A stretch of 63,744 nt of DNA, the filler included, from Lenisia limosa (taxonomy: Eukaryota > Protista > Breviatea): assembly GCA_001655205.1 (NCBI GenBank). It is 12 parts of 12 records of this genome, joined end to end, with 100 filler letters (N's around TTAATTAATTAA, not from the genome) between each part and the next. Parts side by side here need not be neighbours in the genome. Positions count along the whole stretch, not along the records: positions 36,353 to 47,261 come from LPNZ01000411.1; positions 47,362 to 60,484 come from LPNZ01011312.1; 10 more parts are not named here. One strand, given 5' to 3'. The position numbers and the translations under genes were made by a program. This document shows positions 39,053 through 50,300 of this stretch, piece after piece. The first letter of the stretch is position 1, and each line of letters opens with the position of its first letter. The notes beneath the pieces are model-generated. The model did no database searches. It was not told the DNA's origin and saw nothing but the letters and a program-made list of their open reading frames with translations.

Positions 39053-42000
39053 GGTGACACGTCATTAAATATCAAATAATTCATGCTGAATATGATAAGA
39101 AAATATAACGGTTATCATATTTATTTGCCCGCGGGAAAAGGATAAATGACAAATTTTGACTCATTGTTCACCCTCTTTTTAGAGAATAGTCATATTTTGC
39201 GTTTAACAGAGAGAAGAAAATGGCAGCTTTTCGGCTGAAGAGATGGGCAGAAAGAAATGTCTTATACACAAAAAAACACTTCAATCCATTCTGACCCCAT
39301 TACTCCCCAAAAGACAGGTCTTCAGCGTAATCGATCAGTTGAAGAGGAAGTTGAGCAAGTGAACTCAAATCATTATTAATCACTTATATTTTGATATACA
39401 GGGTGCGATCAACGGAGGGAGATAATCCTATTAAGGTGGTTCAGTCCTTTTGTTGGAATTTGCAAATAATAAAAAAATATACAGAATAAAAAAGCGTAAT
39501 TAAAATGACCCTTTGGGATAATTTCTCGGGGTATTTTCATATAAATAATTCAGACTTAAATTCTAAAAATGGTAATGGCCTGGAATGTGTGTAACCGAGG
39601 TTATAAGAGGCTATAATTGCAATATAGTATGTATACATACAGTTTTGGTCGCAATAGTCATAGCAAAACCCAAAATCCCCTTTTTTTGGAACACCCCTTC
39701 TGTGGGGAAAATGGGCAAGTTTACAGCATTCAGCTGTAAAAGAAACATGACAAGTAGGGAACCTATTAAGGTGGTGGTTCCATCGGACTTTTTCCATCTC
39801 TGACCATTTTGATGCAGATTATTTCAATTTTGGAAAAAAACTATCTACCTTGGCCAATAAAAGGTTCAGTTCTTTTTTTTAACTTTGCTAATAAATTGAA
39901 AAAATTGCCTAAGTAATTAAAATGACCTTTCTGGATAATTCCGCGTTTTCCATATGAAACAACTTCGGGTAAAAAATATTTTAAACGCCCATTTTCCCCG
40001 AGGGGTGTTCCAATTTTGAGGGCTTTTGGGTTTCGCTTTTTTAAATGTGTGAGGAGTTGAACTGTATTTTGACTACGCACGACCAAAACTGTCATATTGT
40101 CTAGATATTGGTAAGCCTCATGTAGCCTCGGTTAGTCACATTCCAGGCCATTTTTTTACCCATTTTTAGAATTTTCATTTCTGGAGTGTTTTTTATGATA
40201 AACTACCCTGCGGAATTATCCCGAAAGGTCATTTTAATTACCCAATTTTTTCAATTTTTTACAAAATCAAAAAAAGTACACCCGAGGATCAACATCAGAA
40301 AGTTTACAAGTAAAGAGATTCAACAACCAGCCAATCATGGAGTTGATTTATCCCCGACTGGGTGTGACGCAGTTCTGCATCAGCAATCAGCCTCTTTGGT
40401 TGAGGAAGGTGTTACTGACGTTTATTAACCACATCATCGTCAGAGACGCCGACCTAATTGAGGCTGTGGGGCAAGTTGTCCTTTAGGGACCGTTCTTTCT
40501 CGAGTTTGAGAATGCTGAATGTTAGTTTTATCGATTTCTCCTCTAAAAATGCGTTTTCAATGATTTGGAGAATGGGCCTCCTGCCAAAGAACAGGTGAAA
40601 ATTATGTTTTTCTTTCTATCAATCATGCATGTTGCTTAGTGTTACTCCTCTCTTCTCTTTCTTGCTTGTTGCATACTCATATTTTCTTTCACACTTGTAG
40701 GTTGGTGTCGCAACCGCCGCGAACTCATGCAAGACGTTTACCGCTTCACCAACAAGGAGAAGTGCTTCCTTGTGGGTAGAGTTGTTGCCATGTACCTTGG
40801 TTTGATCTTGCGTTGCATTGTTCTTCCAGAGTGTGTCAAGGTTTCTGTCCGGGAGTCTTACCCGGATGTTGAGATATACATCTCCTTTTCACCGTCAAGC
40901 TCGTTATCAATAGAATAACCTTCCCACATAGAGTATTCTTTTATTAATCTCAAACATAACAACACAACACTGTCTTTGAGTACCTTTCACTTCGTGGCTT
41001 TCTCACCGAGATCTGACCGTCATCTCCCTCATCTCGGTGAGAATGCCACCAAGTGAAGGATAAATAAAATAAAATACAGTTGAAACAAATCTGACTTCAC
41101 CTTTTAGAACAGAAAAGAAATACTATTACATAATTACGCATAAATTGAGCAAAATGCTTCTATGCTGGGGAGGCACGAAGAAAGCTGGGTGCACAGAGTA
41201 AGGCAAATGATTGGGTGAATTAATATCATACTATAATCCAATATATCTTCTAAGCGTGAACTGATACAACCTTATTTTTTATTTCTCATTATAATTACGC
41301 ATACATTCGGCTAAATGCTGCCCTTTTTCAAGATTGCCTTTGCTATGGAACTGAAACATCATATACCCTCAAGAAAATAAGAGTATTTTTCGTTTTGGGG
41401 TCAATTTTTTTTCGCGAAAAATAATATTTTGTTGCTCTGATCGAACTATAGAAGCATTAAGCATCATTCACGGGACAAAGGGGATAAAGGGGGTAAGAAG
41501 GGTGGGGGATATGGGTCACCGGAATGTCATATAATATAGTATATCATATCATATGATGAATATGATGAGAAAATTTGACATTTATTATATTATTTTGGCC
41601 GCGGGAATAGGATATATGTTTGACATATTTTTGACTCATTGTTATCCATTTGTTTAAGAGAATATTCATATTTTGCGTTGTTCAGAGTAGAAAATGGCAG
41701 GCTTTCGGCTGCACAAATAGCAGAAAGAAATGTTCTTAAAGCAGGGTGCCAACCCAGAAACTGGCTCGGATAAACCACAATTATAGCCAAAACCGAGCGT
41801 ACCCTGCGTGATTTTTTTTTGAGATCACTCTTGTGTTTAATGGGATTATCACCCTCCGTTTGATCGCACCCTTTATTATGTGCTTAGCACTTTTAGCAAT
41901 ATCTAAGCGATTAATAATGATTTCAGGAGTTCACTTGCTTTCAGCTTCCTCCTTTTCTGATCGATCACGCTGAAGACCTGTCTTTTGGGGAGCATCATGA

Positions 42001-42255
42001 ATGGGGTTTTAGAATGAAGTGTTTTTTTTCTGTCAATTTTGTGAATGAACATTTCTTTCTCCAATTTGTGCAGCCGAAGTTCTCTCTGTTTGAACAACGT
42101 AAAATATGACTATTCTCTAAAACAAGTGGGGAGGGAACAATGAATCAAAATATGTTATTTATCCTCTTCCCACGGTAAAAAAATATGATAAATGTCATAT
42201 TTTTTTTTATCATATTCATCAGAGAGTATATGACATTTTGATGACGTGTCACCTA
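39053..42255. mobile_element. Nest of DNA-transposon remnants bounded by ~400-bp inverted copies
   Basis: 39053-39430 is inverted at ~41850-42255, with a partial direct copy at ~41550-41740. An inner inverted pair lies at ~39470-39630 / ~40100-40270. A ~170-bp direct repeat lies at ~38470-38630 / ~41355-41520. Confidence 0.7.
40701..40918 (+). pseudogene. P2X7-ballast/KolX-like domain exon (copy 1)
   Basis: GWCRNRRELMQDVYRFTNKEKCFLVGRVVAMYLGLILRCIVLPECVKVSVRESYPDVEIY resembles the N-R-x-x-Y-R...LG...PxC...IR..FP..Y pattern. The upstream part has stops. Confidence 0.45.
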
Positions 42256-43153
42256 TAGTTATGATATTTTTGATATTCCAATGGCATGACGAATTTCCCA
42301 AAAAATATAATTTCCCTAGGGGATGGATGAGTACAAATGTACAAATATCATAGTGTAGTCAGGGAAGGGCCTTGGTCACTCGTCACCAAGACAACAGAGT
42401 GATATTGCCCTTTGTTTTAAGGTTTATTGACGACATTCTCCTGATTGACTCTCAACATAGCTTCCATATATTTGTGGAGAAAAACACAACGGCACTAACT
42501 GCATCATATATTACAGTGTAGTTACTTTTTTTGTTACTCTTTAGGGTGCGATTTTTGAAAGAATTGCTTTCAATAAACAGGCACGAGCTTTGGCGCTACA
42601 TCAGGAAAGACTTCATGAATGGTCGGGAATCTCGAAAAAGTTGATGCTTAAAACAGGGAAGGTGAGATATAATTTTTGATTGTTTTTGTGGTTTTTATTT
42701 TTAAGGTTTTTTTTTAATTTCATTGGTTTACACATCCTTCTGAATTGTAGAAAACCTACATTATGTACATACTATATAATATGTCTTATACTTGCTTTTT
42801 GTTAAACAAGTTTTTTTTTATTGTAAATACAACTTTCATATTTACTCTTTTCTAAATCAGTGTTTCTCTTGTGTTTCCTCCAAATACGACGGTGTGTAAC
42901 CATATTGTCGAGAATGTTTCACAAAATGTTTTATGCATTCGGTAGACAAAGTCACGCTATTTTCTGGGGTTTGAAATTATTTGACCACACGCTTACAATG
43001 AAATTGACAGATGAGCCATTTTAATGGTAAAAAAATGCATGTATTGACTTTCCAAGAGTTTACCTGGTAGGGTTTTGAAAATATCAATATCAAGGATCGC
43101 GAAACTTCTTTTTCTATTTTCTCTGCTCTCTTCTTTTAAGAGTTGTCAATCGC

Positions 43154-45200
43154 CTAACCCGTATTCAAACAACACATACAACTTGAATTGAGTTTTCGCA
43201 ACGTAAGCAAGCCAAAAGATGCACTATTTGAATAATTGTTCTTCTCTGATCTTGCCACATTGCGGTCTTTTAGTAAAAATGGGAAGCTCTGGGAAAATTG
43301 ATAGAATTGCAAATATCGAGAATAATCCACAAAAAGGCCAATTAACTTTAACACCGCCTTAATCCTTGTACTTTTGTTTGGGAGTTCTTCACTGAACACT
43401 GGGTGAAATCTCCCTCCCCTGACGTTTACTTGGTAAATGAAGATGTTTAATCCGCTGAGTATGCCTTTTCATCCTTGGATCGAAGAATCCGTCTGGTATG
43501 GGAATAGTCTGACTTGGTGTTTTGAATGTTCAGGATGATAATACAACGGTTTCAAATAATACAATACACAATAATAGTAAATATTGACTTTGTGTTGGCT
43601 ACGAGCGGCCATTTTGGTTTTTGGTGTTCCGTCGCTACAAAGAAGAAGGCTGGCACCTACACCTTAGAGAGGACGAGGTCCTTCGTCACGCTTCAAGACG
43701 CCCCACCTGAAATATGGTCCTAAATTTGTATTTTGTTTCCCTTGTCTTGATTCAATACATAATTTATTTTAAAGTAATATTTTTGAAGGAAAGGAGCACG
43801 ATCTCTCCCACAGCTTTGTGGCGCTGTGTGACCTCACTACCAAGGGACTTGACCCGTGCGTTTTCAAGGTTTTCAAAAACTTCTATTCACTGGTGTAATT
43901 GTTCAAGTTGTTTTGGAGAATGGGCCTCTTGCCAAGGGACAGGTGAGGGTTATGGTGTTCTTTCTATCAGTCATGTTGTTCTGTGTTACTCGTCTCTCAT
44001 CTCTCCTCTCTTACCTGCTTGTTTACATACTCTCTCTGGATTGATGCTAACTGACTCGCTCATAGCTACTTTTCGGAAGTATTCCAAGACGAGGTTCCGG
44101 ATTGGCTTCATTAGTGTCATCATGTTCGGAATCTTCGTCACCCTTACCCTCAGAGTCAGTTTTGCTCAAATTCGTATCAGAGTCACTAAAAGCTTCATCA
44201 TCAGTCGTGACAACATCAGGGAATGTAGACGCACGGACAAGAACAGTGTCAGTCTGCTTCTCAATTCCTCTGGGTAGCATGATTAGCTTTGTTCCCCCAA
44301 GAGTCTTCACTTGAGTGGACTTGGAGTGGCTGTATGGAAGCTTCAAGCAAGCTAATGCCGAGTTCTGTAGGATCTCAAAGAGCACAGGGAACTGAAAGGG
44401 GAAGGAGGCGCGTAAGCCGCAAGCAGAACAAGGGTCCGAGAACTGTCGGTATTGCTTTGTTGCATCACAAATGTGATAACTGCCAGGAGAAACATCATAC
44501 CAGAGGATTTGTGATTTGCGTACTCTGACTGAACGTCCTCGCTGAGGCCTTCGAGAAATGGCATGTTAGACTCTGCTTCGATCGCTGTGCTTCTGCGGCT
44601 TAACTTGGCTAATGACGCGAAGTTGAAGACTTGGGCTTCAGGGGGCTCAGATTGGTCTGGCAATGACGGAATAACTGAGGGCATTTCATCGTTAAAAAAA
44701 GACTTTTGTGCAGAAGAACAGTTACTACACTGTCGCATGCAGACGACCGAGCAGGTTTCTCATCAGAGGGTGGCAATACCTCATGTCCACCTCGATTGTG
44801 ACTTGGGAGCTTCATTAACAGGTTTTAAGCTTAAACAACTGGGAGATAACGCTGAAGGGTACAGGAAGGGAACCCTACTAAACTTGAATTCGAGAGAGTT
44901 AGACTTCAAACTCAGGAAAGCTTCCATAGCACTTAGCAGCGGCTTTCCAAGCAATACAGAGTCAGCAATGTTGCTTACAAAAAGATCCAAAACAATGAAA
45001 GAGTGGAATAAATATTAGGAGAGCTCCTAAGACATTGAAGGGAGTTCCTGTACATGATTTGAGGTTTTGTTTTGGGATTTCGAATATGAGGCTTTCTAGC
45101 TGAAGTGACTTGACTAACTTCGTAGATATAATTGAGACATCAGCTCCATCCATATTATAAGTGACTGTTAACTAGAAGTAGTTGCGACTTCCAATGAAAA
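43154..45200 (-). pseudogene. Decayed Ty3/Gypsy pol (retropepsin + RT connection domain)
   Basis: MDGADVSIISTKLV and LFVSNIADSVLLGKPLLSAMEAFLSLKSNSLEF are retropepsin-like. PNKSTRIKAVLKLIGLFVDYSRYLQFYQFSQSFPFLLK is RT-connection-like. Frameshifted, and no YxDD was found. Confidence 0.65.
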
Positions 45201-45294
45201 TTTCTGGACTTTAATTTCCTGGCCTGTGGCTCGGCTTTTCAGTGTCTTGGACTCGTGACGTGGCAAAACAAAGAATGGAATTAGTGTATCAACG

Positions 45295-45670
45295 TGAACC
45301 GATCCGGGATCGAGATCGATCGGTTGGGATCCGATCCAATCGATCCAGCCCCAATTTCCAACCGGTCCGGTCTGATCTAGAACATATTTTAAACCGATCC
45401 GGATTCGTGGATCGGTTGGGATCGGTTAGAAAAAGAAAAGTGTCCTGACGTGGTGACAAGCCTCTTGATTAAGTAAGTATTCTAAGACAAACTAACAGAA
45501 ACACACAAAATTATTTACCTTTGATTTTACAAAAAAAAAAATATATTCCAACCGATCCGATCCAGAGCATTTTATTAAAATGAACCGATCCGATCCGATC
45601 CGACCCGACCCGACCCGATCCGATCTGAGGGTGTGAACCCTCCAACCGATCCGCGGATCGGATCGGAATG
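45295..45670. mobile_element. MITE-like element with (CCGAT/GATCC)n pentamer arrays
   Basis: Clusters of CCGAT/ATCGG/CCGAC in both orientations around an AT-rich core. Same design as 11098-11452. Confidence 0.7.
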
Positions 45671-46389
45671 ATGCACTAAATGGAATGCAAGCGTGCGATG
45701 AAAGAGTACTACCTCTCACGGACGACTTGTTCAGCTCAGACTCGCTATGATTTGAAACCATGTTGACATTGAGGGGAAAACGCGGTAAATAGGTTAAGAC
45801 TTGGGTTCCAACTAGATCTTCCTGAATTTAGTAAAACATTGGTTTGGACTTGATCACCCCTTTCTTGCATCTCTGAACACATTTTATTAACCAATTTTTA
45901 TAATCACTCAACTTTTAAATCATTCACATTGGAGATAAATAAATGGCAGCAAGTTGATTTTATAATTGTGTAGAGTTATAAAAACCTTGTTGGTTTAAGA
46001 ACAGAGCAATTTAGAATTGATCAAGAGAGGAAGACTCTTATGGAAAGGGCATTGCCTCTTTACGAGAATCCAGGTTTGAAATTTGAGCAATTGTTTACTA
46101 TCATAAATAAAGAAATGCTCATCCATATTCTTGAGGAATACAATACAGTCTGATATTTTTTTGATTCATTGAAAATAGAACTATTGGGTTCGTTTTATTT
46201 TGTTATGACTGCCTTAAGTTTTACAAAGATCGCATTACACAATGACCGTGATATTTTGGAGCGTTGAACCAAATTGATTGGATTGACAACTTTCAATTTT
46301 TAAACCCATTTTTGCCAACCTCAAAATTGCTAAAATGAAAATTGTTAAACCAAGCATTATAATAAGAAACTTGAGGCGAGTTAATGAGC

Positions 46390-46866
46390 GTCTTTTCACA
46401 AATGGAGACATTGTCTCTTCGTCTGGAGGCGACGTGCACCACCTCCACAGCGCTGAGGCTGTTGAGGCTGTTGGTGCAGCTGCTTTGGAGGAGGAACTGG
46501 GCCACCATGCTCGCGGAATGCGTAAGTGGGGAGATAAACCTGGTTTGCGTGACTTTTGCTCATTAATCCCTCGATTCTAAAGCAGTAAATTAATAAAACT
46601 GTATTGTACATCATAATTTACTTCTTTAGTTGACTCTCACTTTCGCTCCCTCCTATATAGCCTTCCCCCAAGCCTCTCAAGGGATGGTTTACTCAGTTAT
46701 TAAAAAAATGTTTTTGACTTGTTTCTGTTTCATAATGAAAGATTCTATCTTTTTTCTGCTTGATCTGTATGATTCTTTAGGATTGGTGCCGCAACCGTGA
46801 CCTCCTCATGGACGAAGACCACTCCTGGAAGAACAAGGAGAGGAGGCTCGTCACCTACAGGGAGGT
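46390..46866 (+). pseudogene. P2X7-ballast/KolX-like gene fragment (copy 3; copy 2 at ~43810-43945)
   Basis: Exon at ~46781 gives DWCRNRDLLMDEDHSWKNKERRLVTYRE, with synonymous third-position differences from copy 1. The upstream exon is similar at DNA level to 40455-40480 and 43890-43945. Confidence 0.45.
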
Positions 46867-47361
46867 AGGTAGCTGTTGTTTTGGGTGTCGTGGACCAGCA
46901 TGTTACGCTTTCTAACTGTGTAGTTGATTATGTTCGCGATCTCTATTCTGATGAATAATTTTATCTTCTTACTCATTTCTGCTGGATTAATCAAGAAACA
47001 TCGTCCATTTTTGGGGTTGCAAAACAAATCATATTTTTATTGTAATGTAATTTTAACTGAATGCTATACCTAATCTTCCTCAACGTCATACTCGGTGTCG
47101 CTTTTGTTGGGGTTCCAACCTCCTCCTCCTCCTTCTTCTTCAGTTTCTTCATCATCCGAATATTCGGTCTCATCGTCAGCGTTGAAGAGGCAGCACAGGC
47201 CATTTTCATCGCCTAAAGATGACAGGAGCCTATTGGAGTGAGTAATAAAATTTTAAATTCANNNNNNNNNNNNNNNNNNNNNNNNNNNNNNNNNNNNNNN
47301 NNNNNTTAATTAATTAANNNNNNNNNNNNNNNNNNNNNNNNNNNNNNNNNNNNNNNNNNNN

Positions 47362-50300
47362 CATCCATGACTTCGCGGGCCTTGTTGAGGACGGCAGTGA
47401 TGTCTCCATCAGTCAGACTATGGTTGACCTCGTAGCCAAGCATTCTGAGGGTGATGTGATACGTTGCATTTTCAAAAAGTACCATGGTCAGATCACATCC
47501 TATGAGTGGGAGTATGATTAGACAACTTTCTTGCCACCCACCTTGAACCTTCATTGTAGATGTTGGCAATTGTAACGGACTAAAGCGTCATTACAATCGT
47601 CAATGATAATAGGCATGTGCGGGCGCGAGAGTATGATAATTTGTTGCTAATGGTATCCCTGTGTATTTATTTCTTTCCTCTAGATTTCTCATGGGTATTA
47701 TTTCTCTTATTCAAAAAAATAAAGATTTTGATCACACAAAAGAGGGCTCCATCCACGATATTGCAATAGCCAAATCTTATCCAGGCAGCCATCAACCTGT
47801 TCATCCGCCAGCGTGAAGAGAAGAGCAGTGTCGCCATCCTTAGCTGCCGCCTCAATTTTGCGCATCAGAAACTATGGGGGTAAATGTTGTTCATGAGACC
47901 CTCCACCACCATTTATTAACACCCCCCCCCCCACAGAGGCCTGGAGGATCTCTTCGCCGTGCTCGGCCATGAGAACACGCTGCATTTCTTGAAGCTCGCC
48001 CTTGCCAGATTCGATCATCGCGCGACCGTCAGCTATGGCCTTTTCCGTCTGGAGTGGTAAGAGATGGCGGAATTTATGAAAGTGCATCACAGACCTCCCC
48101 TTTCAGTGAGTCATAAAAAGTATTTTAATTGATAAAAGAGGCACCCTTCCCTCCCCACCTGGCGTTTCATTTCCTTAGCCTCTTCGATCTTGGCCTTGGC
48201 CTTGTTCACAGCCTCCACGTTACAGAGCTGAACAGGTCAGAGCGGAACTTAGCGAGACGTTCACTCGGGTCAAGTGAAGAGGGGTGATAATCATAATTTC
48301 AACCAAAACGGAAGACAACAGACTTGGAAAAAGGAGGCCAGGCGGATGTTATTGCTTCGATTATCATTGTGCTCCTATAAGAAGGTCCCACCAGTAGCAT
48401 TCACCCACCCACAGTTCAGCCCTTGCATTCACCCACCCACAGTACAGCCCTTGCATCCCTTGCAGCTGAGACAGTTGGACGGTAGAGGTTCCTCCTTAGG
48501 CATTGGCGGTGGCTTGAAGCCCTTCTTCTTGCAGGCCTTGCGCTGCTTCTTCAGCTCCTTGAATGTTAGTCTTAACCCTGGGTGGCTTTCTGACCATCAA
48601 TTCTACTTACCTTCTTCAGTTTCTTGGCTTCCTTCTTCTCAGCCTTTGTGAGCTTCTTGGGCAGGCACACCTGGTACGGTGTAAAAAAAAAAACAGTTAC
48701 AAACATCTATTAGTACAGTCCAGATAAAGCGGCAACAGAACAAGAGACGCCCCTCCCCAACCTCAGGATCACATCCGCCGGGACATCCATCACAGCCTCT
48801 GCAGCCTCCACAACCACCGCAGTGACAATGGCATCCCTCACATCCCTGGCATCCTGGAGCGGGGGGGGGGGGGGNNNNNNNNNNNNNNNNNNNNNNNNNN
48901 NNNNNNNNNNNNNNNNNNNNNNNNNNNNNNNNNNNNNNNNNNNNNNNNNNNNNNNNNNNNNTCCTCAAGAAATACTTCAGTCTGAGCTAGGGCTTCACTT
49001 CGGTTCATAAAAGACTGAATCCCGATTATTCCTCGAAAACTACCGATATTTTAACAGTCTTTTAAAACCGAAATGAAGCCCTAGTCTAAACACAACGGAA
49101 GCCAATCCACGATATTGATTGCAGCGTACCAGTGCAGTCCTTACAGCTCTTGCAGGACTTATGGCAGCCCGTGCAACCCGGGTCAATGACAGCGAGCAGC
49201 AGCAGGAGGGCAGCCTCGTTGAGACGCGGCGCTGGACGATGAGAATTGCGTAAGCAAGGCCGAAATAATTAAGAAATAAAACCCAGTTTAACATACACAT
49301 ATCATAAGGGGGATTATTAATGCCACACAAAGGCAAAAAAATAATAATAAAAAAAAACAAAAACAAAAAACAAAAAAAAAACAAGAGAAAAAAAACTACA
49401 GTACCCTGCCTTCCCGACTCGTCTCCGACGTCAGTACTACCAAGGCCTGCTGGGGCTTGCGTTCGCAGAGCGGACGGGATGCGCGATGACCCCCAGAGTA
49501 TGACCGTAGCCGAAAGCTACTCCCCCTATTTCGTTTCCGATGCAAGTTATTTCTCGAATTTTCGATTTTTTTTTCAAAAATTGTATCGAATATGCCCATA
49601 AAACAATAGTTTGATCTCGTGGCATCATTTTGCTGAAAAAATCAGCCATTTATCATCATGATTACTGAACCCTACCCCTGAGAGCCCCGTACCGGGAATG
49701 TTGATGTCGAAGCCAAGCACGTCCATATCAAGTTCGGGAATCTAGATGTTGAAAAAGAAGCAGTTGAATAGTTATATTGATGTTTTCAAATAAAACTATT
49801 CAAAACGAGAGCAAATGATTACACAGCATGTTGCATGGAGTGACTCTTTGGTTATTGAGGAATCCTGACTTTCTTCGAACCAGAGTGAAGCCTGATTGTA
49901 TGTCTAATAATGCGCAGCCAACCGAAATAGCTGAGATGATCTTGACAGCAAACATAGTGAGGGACAGAAGAGCCAAGCCAAGGCAGCCAATGGCAACAAT
50001 GATGGACAAGATTTCCTTCACAAAGTTGGACCTGTGGTGTGAGTTATAATCACCTTTACCTATTCGGATAGAAATGTCACAAAAAAGCTCGCCAACAAAC
50101 AGATACAGTACATTCTACTCGTTATCCAGCACATTGCTAACAATCCCCCAACGGTGCGTTGTTGATGATGATGGCGGCAATAGCGACGACAACGTAGACG
50201 AGTGCCTGGGCCGAGGCAATGAAGGCATTCATCCAGCTCTTGTAGGGCTTCAGCACAACCACCGCCACAAGGAGGACTATAGGGGGATGTGAACACCTTC

